From: Rebecca billardiae RCC1528
Taxonomy: Eukaryota; Protista; Haptophyta
Assembly (NCBI GenBank): GCA_965240325.2
Contig: OZ251254.1
Coordinates: forward strand, 558,001-622,000
Direction: 5' to 3'
Length of the DNA stretch: 64,000 nt
Shown here: piece after piece, positions 50,952-63,156 of the stretch
Layout: each line of letters begins with the position of its first letter
Position numbering within the stretch: the first letter of the stretch is position 1
Notes under the pieces: model-generated
The model's database searches: none
What the model saw: the letters and a program-made list of their open reading frames with translations, nothing else
What the model was told of the DNA's origin: nothing
Program-made: the position numbers and the translations under genes

Positions 50952-52913
50952 AACTTTTCTGAGGATAGCGCACCAGCAAAATCCCTTGACCGCCATCCGG
51001 ATTTTACGGAGGCCGCGTTTGGACGCAGAAACGCGCGATGGCGAGGCCCGCCCTCGCACCACCGCTCTCGCGAGATCGCGACCGTGCGACCTGCGGCGTT
51101 GCGCTCGACGCGCTCTTTCTGCTCGGAGGCCGCGAGGACTCCCAGGTGCGCCAGCTCGCGAGCGCGCACCTTCCTCCTCGCCGCGCTCGCCGAGCACGAG
51201 CCGATCTGCAGCAGATGTGCAAGGAGCCGCATGTGGCCTTCCTCGCGCGCGCGGCACGGCTGCACACGAAATTCGTTAGAGGGCACTTCTCCGCGCATTC
51301 TACATTTTGGGGAAAGAACGCCTGAACTGCACAAGAAGTGCCCTCTAACGCTTCCGCTCCTCGCCGTTGCGTGCACGCGCAAAGGAGCACTGCAAAGGGT
51401 GCGACTGGGAGCATTCCTTCTCCCGGGCGGCCACCACGGCCTCGGAGGTGGTGAGGAACGCGTCGGCGACCACGACGTGGACCACCTCCGTCGCGCCGGA
51501 CACTCCGGTCGCCCCTCGCCGGACTCCATCCTCGCTGCGCGCTGACCGTTTGCCGAGCGGGCTGCCCCCGCCGCCTGCCCGGCGTGTGCCCGCGTGGTGA
51601 CACAAGATGGTCGAAGGCGTGGCAGCGCGGTGGTGCGTGCGATCGGGGGACCCCACCTGAGCTACGACACGGGCGCACGCGCTCATCCGTGCTCATCAAG
51701 GTGGTGCACGCGCGCGTCGCGCGCTCGTCGGCTGTCGCGCGCTGACGGCTGGGCTGATTTGGGGTGTCGGCGGCGGCCACAGCTCGCTGGTACGGGCGCG
51801 ATGGTGGCTGCGAGTGGTACGCGGCGTTGCACCAGGTCCATGTGCGTCACGCACGACGCTCGGCCGGCTCGCCCTCGGACCATTGGCTGAGTTCTACTCG
51901 CCGCGCGCGCCGCGCGCGGGAGCCGCTCGGCAGCTGCTCGAGGCGCAAAGTGCGCCCCGCGCGCTGAACGTGGGCACGACGAGGTGGTGCGGCGAGCGTG
52001 CGCGGGTGTGTGTGCGTGATGGGCACCCCCATTGCGCTACTTGCCATGCACATCTGCCTCTCGCCAAGCCTTCGACACGATTGCTGCAAGCGCTGCTCGG
52101 AGGCGCGCTCGCGGGCTCGCGCGCGTTTGAATCTGGGCTCGGCGGCGATCGCGTGGACGAGGGGCAGCGCGGTGCACGGTGGCGGAGCGCGTGCGGAGCG
52201 CAGCCTACACCTCCTACACGCTCCATCCAGACACATCGCGCATGCTTGCGCGACCTCCTCTGTCCATCACGTGCGCGTGCGCGCGCGAGCAGGTGTGCAT
52301 TCGCCGGGCGCGTTCACTGCGCGCCGCGTTGGCGCGCGCGCACCGATACCCGTGCGCAGCTCGACGAGCGAGCGCGGTGTGTTTCGATGCGTATGGGGAG
52401 GCTCTAATTTACGCGCGCGCACGCGCCGGCCCTCGCCGCCTTTTCGCTCGCCCACGCCTCATCTGCGCGCTCGGCGTTTGCACGCAGCTGCTCATCCTTT
52501 CCAACACGTGCACAAACGAGCAGATGGCGCTGGGCGAGGTCGATTGGTGCGTCAGATATTCGGCAACGACCAGTCCCGCTCGTGTGCCGCCGCTCGTGCT
52601 ACTCTTGACGACCACCTCTGGCTCGGTCGCGCGCACGAGGCTGCTCGCGGCCCCAATCGTGCCGTGTACCGTCAAGCTGTACCGTGCGCAGCGAGGCGCA
52701 CTCAGACGTCGGCATGGGCTGGCATGCGAGGGCCCGGCAGTGCGACGCGTCGATGGAGCATGCTCCGGATACGCTTTGGCGCACTTCCCGACGTGCACGA
52801 GCCGCTCGAAGGCGCGGAAGGGCGCCCAAACGGGGCAACCGCCATTTTGCGCCACTTCGGCCCGGATGGCGGTCAAGGGAAATTGCTGGTGCGCTATCCT
52901 GCTCAGAAAAGTT
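50952..52913. mobile_element. Decayed TIR DNA element with ~50-bp TIRs and TA target duplication (Tc1/mariner-like ends)
   Basis: AACTTTTCTGAGGATAGCGCACCAGCAAAATCCCTTGACCGCCATCCGG at the left, near reverse complement at 52862-52913. TA at 50950-50951 and 52914-52915. No intact transposase. Confidence 0.8.
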
Positions 52914-53246
52914 TAATCATATATATGGCGTCGAGCTTCCGCTCGGCGATGGAGTGATGGGCGACTATGAGGGGGGGGACGACGGCGAGGAGCGCTGATC
53001 CTGGTGTTTGTCTCTGCTGCTCGATCTGCTGCTACAGCTTGCTGACTCTGACGCCTGCCCGTTGCATACCACGTCGTTAATATATATGCGTATGTATATG
53101 TATTCGCGCAATATATAACGAAAAAAGCAGAGACGCGAATCGTCGCTGTCCCCGAGCAGCGTGCGCGCAGTCGCGTGCTCGGACGATTCGTCACCGCCCT
53201 TGTCGTCATCATCGTATCATCTCCCTGATATATATGTATCATAAAT

Positions 53247-54771
53247 AAACTGTGCCCTGGCGGGCGGGGGGGTCGGCGGGCCGTGCCAGTGCTGTCGCAG
53301 TGTTTCCTCTCTACTGCGGGTTCGCGTCTTTCCACATTCGCTCGTGGCCGTGGGTGACGGACAGTCCGAGGACCAGTGACACCTGAAGTTCTCCGCGGCC
53401 ACGTGCACACGTCTGTGCGCATCAGCAAGGCCCGCACCCACGAGGGAATGTCAGCACGCGGGGCGGGGCGGGTAGCCCGTTGCTCCGCGCGAGCGCGGAT
53501 ACGCGCTGTATGTGCTGCATCTCGACCGCGATGGCGTAATCGAGCGCCTCGCCGCCGACGAAGCCGCCAGAGTAGATCGTGTGCATGTCCTCCTGCCGCC
53601 AGCCGAGAGCGGTCGTTGCGAGGATGCTTGCCGATGTCCGCTCCGGGCATGATGGGCTCGACGCAGGTCGCGTTGACGTCGTACACGGCCGCCACGCTGA
53701 ACATGAGCGCGTTGACGTTCACGCGGTCGTCGCTCTTCGCCTTTTCGACAGGTCTGGCGCCCGCGTGTTTGGCGGCACCAGGAGCTGTTGGTTGTGCGCG
53801 CGCGCGCGCACAGCGACAGCGTGTGCCACTCGCGATCGAGAGTGGGCACGAGCTGCTCACGCAGGCACACAAATCGCAGCGCATCCGTCACCGGCGTGAC
53901 GACGTCCGCCTCGTCCCGCAGCGCCTGCGCCATGGACGAGGATGGCGCGGCGATGTTGCATGCTCAACGATTCATCTCTCTGCGGATGGCATCACGGGTT
54001 TGTCTGTGTCGCGCTGCGGCGAGGGTCACCAACTCGCGAAGACACGGTTGCTGCCACGGCGACAGACCCCGGAGGTGCGTCCGCTGCGCGTCGTACGCCG
54101 TTGGCGCTGCGCTTCCGTCGCATTGGTCACCGTCGACGCCATGCAGGCCGGACGTGGGCTTCGGCTGCTGGGGACCGCGAGCGACGACTAAGTCCGGTGC
54201 GCGGATTCCGGCGATCGAGTTCAGCAGGCCGCGCCAATAAACCTTGCGTCGCGTGCGATGGCGCTTCCCGACCGCCCGCAGACACCTCGTGATGAGGTCG
54301 TTTCCGCACCGAGCCCGACGCGCGGCGGTGGATCGCGCGAGGCGGTTGTCGTGCGCAGCGCTTGACACTATGGCCCGTGCGAGCGCTCGACGTGCAAGTC
54401 AGGCGAGGACCGCCCCAGGTCGCGCGATCGTGTCGACGCGCCGAGCGTACCGCTCCACTACTGACGGGTCGACTTTAGCCCCCGTTCGACCTGCACGCGA
54501 GACGACGAGGGCAGCAATCGCGAATCGGGCGAGAACCCGTCTAGAGAATCCTCACGCGATGTCCACGCCGGCGTTGGATTTGGCGCGCGCGGCCCACGCG
54601 CTCCGCGCCATGGGCGACCCTTTTTCGGCCGAGCGTCCCCAGTGGGAGCTGCGAGGGCGCCCGGTAGTGAGCGAGGCGATCTTCTTTTCTTTGTGAGGCG
54701 AGTTTCTTTTTTCCTTTCCCTGTTTCTTATCTTTTCCCCGGGCACTACAAGGGGCGGACCTACGGCCCGCC
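53247..54771 (-). mobile_element. Asymmetric-IR transposon copy A2 (internally deleted, frameshifted relative to A1)
   Basis: Same termini as 19140-21264 (IR 53275-53284 and 54762-54771). 53420-54771 aligns with 19800-21264. Flanked by TA-rich DNA. Confidence 0.78.
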
Positions 54772-55004
54772 ATATATATATCTGACCATGCGCATCACCG
54801 CTGCGTGCGAGTCGTATCCCAACCGCCGTCCCCCTGCATGCAGCGGATGAGCTGAGCGATGATCAACCCGATCCACGCGTCATCGTAGACCGGCCGCAGC
54901 CGCGCGATGCCTAGCAAAGTAGCATGCGTGCGGCCCCGCTTCTGAGTGTCCGTGAACTGGAGCGCTTGCCCGCCCGTGGGCTGCCTCGCGCTGCGGGCGC
55001 ACGC

Positions 55005-56148
55005 TCATGCCGGCTGCGAGCGCGTCAGGCCGTCCATCAGGCCAAGGCCCATCTCGTCCACCTGCGTCCGCGGGCGGGCGGGCGGATGGGCGCGGCCTGT
55101 GAGCGCTGCGCAGCTCGCCGCGCCGTTCGGACACGCGCGCGCGGTCTCTCGCCCGCCACGCAGCGCGCCGCTCGCGCCGCACCTGCCAGTAGGGCAGCGC
55201 CCTGAACGCGGCGTACGAGATCATCCCGTTCTCATCGAGCGGCACCTCGGCCAGCAGCGCCGCGAACTCGTCGACCGAGAGGCGGTCCCCCAGGCCGCAG
55301 AGGAAGGTGCGGAGCGTGTCGACGCTGATGCGCGCCTCGGGCGGCGGCGGGTGCGGCCAGCTCGCGTCGTCCGCGGAGGCGTCGTCCCCGCCCACCATCG
55401 TGCAGAACAGCGCCGCGATCTGCGCCCGGGGGCGCGCGGCGCGGTGCGCGCGGCGCCGCCGGCGTGCGCGTGGGCACTCGAGCGCGCGCGCGCGGCGCGC
55501 GCCAACGTGCAGGTGGGCGGTGCGCGCACGGCGCGGCGCAAGCCTCCGCGCGCGGCGGCGCGCGCGCCCGGGTGGCGAGCGCACCTCCTCGTCGACCGCT
55601 CTCCGCTCCTGCGCGGCGCTCATCAGATGTATGAACTCCGCGAGCCCGACGCGCCCGTTCCCGTCCTTGTCCACCGTCGCGATGATCGACTGGACCTCCT
55701 CGTCCGTGGGCTCGAACGAGAGCAGCTGCAGCAGCTGCCGGAGCTCGTGGCCGTCGATCTCGTTGGAGCCGTCCGTGTCGAAGCGGTAGAAGAGGCGCTT
55801 CATCTCGTCCAGCTGCTCCTTACTCATGTTGTACCCCTCCACGTTCCACAGCTCGTTCACCGTCGTCGCCCACGAGTCCGCGTCCACCGCCTTGAACATG
55901 AACGACGCGCTGATCGTCTCAAACGCGGCGCCGAGCGACCTGCGCCGGCCGGTGGAGGTGTTGGTGAAGTTGCGGATGCCCGAGCGCACGGAGGAGCGTC
56001 TGCGCATCTCCGTGCTGTTCCGTTGGCCCGAGCCTCGCCTCTCGCTCAGCCCAGGCAGCTGGAGGCGGCTGAACAAGCCGGACGACTGGCGCTGCCTGCC
56101 TGAGCCGTTGGCCGGGAGCGTGGGGACGGCCGGCGAGGGCTCCGCCAT
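55005..56148 (-). CDS. EF-hand calmodulin/centrin-like protein with basic N-terminal extension, 3 exons
   Basis: Exons 56148-55585, 55419-55183, 55061-55005. EF loops DTDGSNEIDGHE and DKDGNGRVGLAE; C-lobe degenerate (PLDENGMISYAAF). Confidence 0.87.
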
Positions 56149-56670
56149 CCGGCTGGGCGCCGCCAGCGTACTCGCACCAATGCGCACACCGCAGCCCGCG
56201 CACGCGAGCCTGCAGCGGCTCAGGCCGCCAGCGGGCCAGGGCTTCTCGCTTGACGAGCAACAAGCGCCTGCCTGCCCACCACCCTGCTTGCGAGTTGTTG
56301 TTCAGTTGTGGTAACCGGGTATCTGTCTAGACTCTAGTCCGCGCTACAGCGCGGTAAGTAAGAAGTCCCCCCATACTGTAGTTGGTTACACAGCAACGCA
56401 CATCTGACGCGACATTCACGACAACAGCGGCACGATGCGGGCCGCCACAGCAAAAGACTACGTTACAAAGAACTGCATCACACTCCTTGGTCCATCGGTT
56501 CGTACTTCTTGGCTTTCCTTTTTGTTTTCGAGCGCTGGAGCCGTGTATTGCACGGCGAACACGTGCGGAGGCAGCGGCGGCAGCGGCTTCCGCGGCCAAG
56601 CCGGACGTGCGCGCTTCGGTGCCGCGGGCGGCCGAGCGACGACCGGAGCATCGGCGCGGGAGCGGACGAC

Positions 56671-58897
56671 ATGCTCCGCCTCACGGGCGCGCTGTGGCGA
56701 CGCGCGGCGTCCGCGGGCGCGGCGGTGGCGGTGGGCGCGCTCGTCGCGCACGAGCAGCTCCGCGCGCCGCCGCCCGCACACGCCAAGCCCGCCCCCGACG
56801 CCAAGCTGCGGCCGGGCGATCGGCTCGTCATGTCTGGCGACTGCGGCGGCACCAACACGCGGCTGCAGCTCTTCAAGGTGCCTGCAGGCTCGGTGCTCAC
56901 GATGGGCGAGAAGCCGCCGGGGAAGCTGGTCTTTGCGAAGAAGTACGTCAACTCCGAGGTGCGCCTCGCGCCCCCGCGCCATCCGCCGCGCCGCGCGTTC
57001 TGGCGCGTGCGCGCCGCGACGGTTGACCGCGCGCCCCGGCGGCCGTGCGCCACAGTTCGAGTCGTTCGAGGCGGTGTGCGTGCGCTTCCTCGAGGAGTCG
57101 GCCCCCGTCGCCGGCCCCGCGCGCCCCGAGGCGTGCTGCCTCGCCTGCGCCGGCGGCATCGTCGACAACACCGTCAACTTCACAAACGTGCAGAACAGAG
57201 GCTGGTCCATCGACGGGTACAAGCTGCAGCACACGCTCGCCATCCCCACCGTCCGGCTGATCAACGACTTCGAGGCGCAGGCGCGCGCGCGCAAGGGCGG
57301 GGCCACGGATGCGGCCGGGCGGCGCGTGCGCGCCGAGCCGAGCCGTGCGGCCGTGACTCCACTCACTCCCGCGCGTGTGCGTGTGCGTGTGCGTGCGTGC
57401 GCGTGCGCGTGTGGCTCTCTCTCTCCCTCTGTGCGCGTGCTCTCGCAGGGGTACGGGCTGCTCACGCTCGAGCCGCACGAGAGGCTGGCGCTCAACGACG
57501 CCAAGCCGCGGCCGGGCGCGCCCATCGCGTGCATCGGCGCGGGCACCGGTCTGGGCGAATGCTTCCTGACCGAGACACGAGGCGAGTACGCGTGCTGGCC
57601 GTCCGAGGGCGGCCATGCCGAGTTCTCGCCGCGCAACCAGCTCACGTACGACCTGCTGGTGTACTTGAAAGCCAAGTTTGCCGCGCACCACCGCGTCTCG
57701 GTCGAGCGGATCGTCTCGGGCCCCGGGCTGGGCAACGTCTACGAGTTCCTACGGCAGGTGCACACGGGGCTCCCGCTCGCTCGCTCGCTCGCGCGCGCGC
57801 TCGCTCGCGCCGCGCGCGCGCGCGCGCGTGTGAGCGCATGAGGCGCTCATGAGGGCTCGGCGCCGTGCCCGCGCCGCCCGCGCACCGCACGCCGTGCGGC
57901 CTCGGCGCAGCACTGGGCGTTCGCTGACAGGGTGGACTCCGCCGTCGATGCGGAGTGGCACAAGGCCGCGCCGGACGCCAAGGTGAGCGGCGCGCGCGCT
58001 GCGTGGGTCGGAGGCGCGCGCACTGGCGCTGCAGCCGGCCAGCGCGCCACGCACGCGCGCTGCGGCGGGTGCGCGCGCGTGGCCGCGCGGCGGTGACGGC
58101 TCGCCGCGCGCGCGCACAACCGACGGCGGCTGTGCAGGGGGTCGCCGTGGCCAACGGCGCGCACAAGGGCGACGTGCTCTGCCTGAAGGCGGTGGAGATC
58201 TTCTCCGAGTGCTATGGATCAGAGGCTGGGTGCGCGCGCGAGCCCGCGCGGCCGCGCGGCGCGCGCGCCGACTCGGGCCGACTGAGACGGGTCGGAGCCG
58301 ACTGAGCGGCCGAGCCGGCCGCGCCGCTGCGGTCTGGCGCGCGCCGTGTGACGCCGCCCGCCTCCACGCGCCCCGCCCTGCCTCTCGCGGCCCGGTGCAC
58401 CCGCGCGTGTCGTGTCTGCCGCGCGCGCGCCCTCGGCCTCCCTCGGCCGCGCCCTCCGCCCCGTCCGCGCTCGCGCTCTCTCTCTCGGCTGGGCGCCACG
58501 CTGCCCCTGCGCGCTGCCTGCCCATGGCCGCTGCCCACGCCCGCTGCCTATCAGCACGGTTGCGCTCAAGTTCCTGCCGTACGGCGGGCTGTACATCTCC
58601 GGCGGCATCGCCGCCAAGAACCCGCAGTGGGTTCAGGGCAAGCCGTTCACGTACGCGCTGCATGACAAGGGGCGGATGAGCCCGCTGCTGCAGCAGGTGC
58701 CCATCTACCTCGTGCTGGTCGAGGACACCGGTGCGCGCCGCGGCCGGCGGGGCGTGGCGCGAGCGGCGCGCGCGAGCGGCCCGGCGCCGTGCATGCGCCA
58801 CTGACTGCGCGTGCGCGACGTCGCCGTCGTCGTTGCGCGCGCGTGCGTGGCAGGTGAGCGAGGCGCGCTGTACAAGGCGGTGCAGATGCTCGACTGA
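56671..58897 (+). CDS. glk: Glucokinase, bacterial Glk (group A) type, 7 exons
   Basis: Exons 56671-56958, 57056-57280, 57449-57757, 57911-57982, 58138-58229, 58555-58730, 58854-58897. They give GDCGGTNTRL, LINDFEAQGYG, GAGTGLG, SEGGH, ERIVSGPGL, GGLYISGGIAAK, GERGA. Confidence 0.94.
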
Positions 58898-59106
58898 GGG
58901 ACGGGCCGACTCTCGTCTGTCACCATCAGGCGACTATGCCGTGGCCGCACTGGGCGGAGACGAACTCGATCGTCGTATAGGACCGCGCATCGCCGCCTTC
59001 ACACACCAGAGTCGAGTCCGCTGGCCACTGCCACGATGGTCACCGTGCGCGGTCACGGTGACGCCGACGGACAGACGGTGCTAGTGCTACGCCTACGCTA
59101 TGCCTA

Positions 59107-59180
59107 ATAATCATAATCATAATCATAATCATAATCATAATCATAATCATAATCATAATCATAATCATAATCATAATCAT
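59107..59180. repeat. (ATAATC)n hexanucleotide microsatellite
   Basis: About 12 units between two convergent genes. Confidence 0.9.
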
Positions 59181-59365
59181 GATGATGATGATAATGATAA
59201 TGATAGTAGTAGTATATATTATTTATAATAATATATATAATAATAATAGTGTCGCGGACAACAACACTCGGGCACTGCCGACGACGAATCAGGACGAGAC
59301 CTGCGGCGGCTGCGCCGTCCTACTCCTGTGACTGTGTCGTTAAATCATATATATATAGAATGAGT

Positions 59366-60763
59366 CTAAACCGAGCGCCGAAGCTCAGGCAGGCTGAAGA
59401 TGTCGGTGAGCACCGCCGCCTCGGCGCTGATGTTCCGTTCATGATGGCCGCCGCTACCGTAGTCAGTGTGGGCGGATCGTGCCGCGCGTCCCGCGGTGCT
59501 TGATGCAGCGCCCGCCGCCATCTGCGTGCGGCCGTCGTCGCGTTCGGCGCCGCCCCGCCCGCCCTCGCCCTGCCCGTGCTCAGTCTCGTGCTTGGCCTTG
59601 ACATTGTGCCACGCAAATGGGAACAAGGGCCACGCGATGCGCGCGGCCGCGAGCGCGGCGCGTATGCTGCGCCGCTCAGCTCCAAGGCTCGGGTGCCGGG
59701 CGCCGGTGCGCGCACGGGCAGCGCGCGCGGCCATGCCGGCGAGCGCGGCGCTTGGGCTGAACCGCTCTGCGCGGCTGGTGTGCAGCGCGAGCACAGGCAG
59801 CGGCTCTTGCTCGCCGAGCGCTGAGCTGACCGCGCGCGCGGCGTAGCACGCCAGGTGCAGCCGCTCGCGCATCCGACCGAGCGGCGCGGCCTCCGCCTCG
59901 GCGGCCGGCGTCTCGCCGCCGCCGCCGCCACTCCGCCGCGGCTCGCCAGGGCGGGGAGCGCCGGAGCGCAGCGAGCGATTCGATTTCGAATAATCATGTT
60001 CGGCCGCGAGGAAGAAGACCGCGCGGATGTCTTGCAGCCGGTATGTGAGGTGGACCTCGTTGAGGAGCGAGCTGAGCGGCAGGGCGCCTGCGGGGTACTC
60101 GCGCGCGGCCGCCTCGACGAACAGGCGCGCCCGCGCCGCCATCGCGGGCCACTGCCCGTCGTAGCAGTTCGCGTCTGCCGGCTGCACAAAGCGGCTGAAG
60201 TAAATCCGCTCGGCGTCGGCCTTGCTCGCGCTCGCGGCGCGGAGCGCGGCGAGGCGCTTGCTGACGTAGACGGCGGGGTCGGCCGCGCACCTGCGCTCCG
60301 GCGAGGCCTTGCGCCCGTACGCGTCGTTGGCGAACGCCTCGTGCCGCGCCTCCGGCCGCAGGCGGGCAAAGACCCAGCCAAGCCGCAGCGGGCCGATGCC
60401 TTTGCGCGTGCGCGGGTGGGTGAGCGGCCTGGTGTACGCGGTCGCAGGCAGCGCGGCGTGGAGCAGCGAGGCGGGGGCCCGCGTGGGCGGGTGCCCTGCC
60501 AGCTCGCGCACGCACGCGTCGAGGAGCGCCTCCAGCGCCGTCACGTTGGCGCGGCGGCCGCGCAGCACGCGCTGCCGCACCTCGAGTGGGCACTCGAGCA
60601 TGTGCACGGCGACGCCCTCGGCGGCGAGGCGCGGGCGGAGGGCATCGAGCGCGGCGGGTGCGCGTGCGACGCTCCGTGCACAGCGGACGTTGCCGTGGAG
60701 CGGCGAAGCCATCGCCGCAAGCACGGGGATGACAAGCCCAGTGGGCGCATGCCGCGTCGCCAT
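59366..60763 (-). CDS. Hypothetical protein
   Basis: Long intronless ORF with host-like codon usage and globular-looking segments (RIYFSRFVQPAD, LNEVHLTYRLQDIRAVFFLAAEHDY, IAWPLFPFAWHNVK). No family recognised. Confidence 0.6.
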   Translation of the reverse strand: MATRHAPTGLVIPVLAAMASPLHGNVRCARSVARAPAALDALRPRLAAEGVAVHMLECPLEVRQRVLRGRRANVTALEALLDACVRELAGHPPTRAPASLLHAALPATAYTRPLTHPRTRKGIGPLRLGWVFARLRPEARHEAFANDAYGRKASPERRCAADPAVYVSKRLAALRAASASKADAERIYFSRFVQPADANCYDGQWPAMAARARLFVEAAAREYPAGALPLSSLLNEVHLTYRLQDIRAVFFLAAEHDYSKSNRSLRSGAPRPGEPRRSGGGGGETPAAEAEAAPLGRMRERLHLACYAARAVSSALGEQEPLPVLALHTSRAERFSPSAALAGMAARAARARTGARHPSLGAERRSIRAALAAARIAWPLFPFAWHNVKAKHETEHGQGEGGRGGAERDDGRTQMAAGAASSTAGRAARSAHTDYGSGGHHERNISAEAAVLTDIFSLPELRRSV

Positions 60764-61457
60764 CGTTCGTATAGCCAGATTGTGCTGAAACCGTGTGTTC
60801 ACATAAGTACTGTGCATCCATAGGTACTATCTACAGTCTGATGAAGAAACTGTAGTTGTGGAGTGATTATAGGGGTTGGAGAAGCCGCGTTTCTATGTGC
60901 ACGAGCGAAACGTTTTCGTCAGCAATTAGATAACCACATGTCATCACTTGAGCCGTTCTTCGTCATCAAAGACCCGTTTCGCTATGAATATATTCAATTT
61001 TGATTGCTGCGCTTGAATACGCGTGTTTGCCTCAGTCATTTTGAGCGCGCCTGGTTAATGACCTGTTGTGCTCTGATTACGGTGTTCGAGCGCAGATGAG
61101 TATGACCTCATCACCAAATCTGCCAAATCATCGGACGGGCTCGAGGCGTATTCATCAAGTCTGACCGAATTATATGAGTACCAACGGCGGGTACCATCAC
61201 CTGCATGTGCCCTTACCCAATATGGCTATATCTCAACTTCCGCAGCTCGGCTTGCATCCCGGTGACTCCAATCCAGGCCAAACGGCGGATTCTGCCAGGA
61301 GATGCGCCCGTCGCCGCCCGTGTGGGTATTCGGTTACGTTAATGCCCGGGCGCGAGCGCCAAAGATAGCTCGCCGGTGATTAGGCGGCGCGCGCCGGTGG
61401 CGTGCGTTGGGAACGATCAGGAAGGCTCGTGAGCAACAGACCGGGGAAGGGGCGGGT

Positions 61458-63156
61458 ATGGACCGCCAGCAGAGACCACCACAACACATCGACGGCGCCG
61501 GCGCCGAGCCCGAGGGCGGGGGCTGCGCGCGCGCCGCGCCGGAGGCCATGCTCTCGCGCTCGGGTACGCACAAGGCGCTGTACCCCGCCGCGGACTCCGC
61601 ATCCGCCGCCCAGCCGCCGCCGGCGGCGCGCTGGAAGCTTGCTCGGCAGCCGAGCGAGCTCTCCGCCGTCCTCACGGAGAGGGAGGGCGGCGCGTCGCTC
61701 GACGGCTTGATGGCCGTGCCCAGGTGCGGCTCGAGCGGCTCGAGCGCTCGAGGACGCCGCCTCACGCGGCAGTCGCTCCCAGAGTCGCACGGCCCCGTCG
61801 TCGTCCCGGAGAACATCCGCGAGGCGTGCGACGCGGACGCGACGGTGCTGGTCACGCGCGCGCTCGCGAAGGAGCTCGACCTGCGCGTGGCGTCGTCGCG
61901 GCTGTCGCACCTGGACGTAGCGTGGCAGCTGAGCCGGCTCGACGTGGCCGACCAGGCCCTCGAGGCCGCCGACGAGGACGCCCTCGCCGAGGCCGAGCTG
62001 TTTGCCGGCATCGGCGCCGCGGTCGGGCTCCACGTCAACCACGGCGCGCGCCTGCTCAAGGCGGCGGGCGAGGTGTGGGGCGCGTTCGGCGCGCCCTCGG
62101 CGGGGCGGCGGGTTGGCGCGGACTCGTCCTTCGACGCGCAGCTCGCGCTCGCGCTCGACGAGCGCTTCGCGCCCCTCAGCCGCACGCCCGCCGGCGCGTG
62201 CTCGCAGCCAGGGCCCTCGCCGCCAGCCTCGGCGCGGCGCGCGCGCAGCTCGCGCCGCTCGCGCCCGTCCGCCGGCGGCGCGGGCTCGCCGCAGCGCTTC
62301 TCGGAGGCGGGCGTCGTGCGACTGCTCCGACTGCTGCGCGCTGAGCTGCAGCTCGACCTCGAGGTGCGTGCCGCCGCCGAGCCCTCCCCAGCGCGCGCGC
62401 GCGCGCGCGCATCGGCACAAGCGCGCCCGCGCTCGCGCCGCGCCCGGCCTGCCGCTTTCGCACACCTGCACAGCCGCTGCTGCCGCGCGCGCGCTCGCGC
62501 TGACGCGTCGTGGCCGGCCCTGCCGCGCGTGCGCGCGCGCACGCGCCCGCCCGCAGGTCTTTGTCCTGGCGTACGTGTTCGTCGAGCGCTCGCTGCCGCA
62601 CCACGCGACGTCCGCCGACGCCGCGCCGGGCGCGCTCCCGGCCGCAGGGCCGGGCGGCGGTGCGCTGTCGGTCCTCAGCGGCGCCTCCTGGCGCCCCGTG
62701 CTGCTGGGCGCGTTGCTGCTGGCCGCCAAGGTGCGCGCGCGGCGCAGCGTGGTCGCGCGCGCGCGCCAGGGCGTCCGCCTCGTCAGCCACGCCCTCCTTC
62801 GCCCGCCCCCGCGCTCGCACGCGCCTCTTGCTGAGCTCACGGCCCCTTCCCCGCACCCACACCCGCGCGCACGCTCCCGCTCCTCCCGCGCCCCCCTCCG
62901 CGCTCACCAGGTGTGGTGCGACGAGAGCATCTGGCTGAGGGACGTGCGCGAGAGGCTGAGCGCGCACTTCGAGCTCGGGCACCTCGGGGTGCTCGAGCAG
63001 GCCGTGGCGCAGCGCATCGGCTTCCGCTTTGGCGTGCCCACCAAGGCGTTCTTCACATACCTCTACAGCCTGCGCGACTTTGGGCGGCAGCGGCTGCGCG
63101 CGCGCGGCGAGGAGCCCGTGCGCGCGGTGCGCCGGAGGCGGCGGATGACGGCGTGA
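61458..63156 (+). CDS. Cyclin Y-like (Pcl/Pho80-related) cyclin, 3 exons
   Basis: Exons 61458-62363, 62557-62730, 62911-63156. VLAYVFVER, SWRPVLLGALLLAAKVWCDESIW..D, LEQ....IGFRFGV..F..Y..LR. Confidence 0.87.

Noticed and set aside
51000-52860. Intact transposase inside the TA-flanked TIR element
   Set aside because: No DDE/D motif recognisable in any continuous frame.
59107-59180. Telomere-like hexamer repeat
   Set aside because: ATAATC/GATTAT lacks the G-run of telomeric repeats; it is an ordinary microsatellite.
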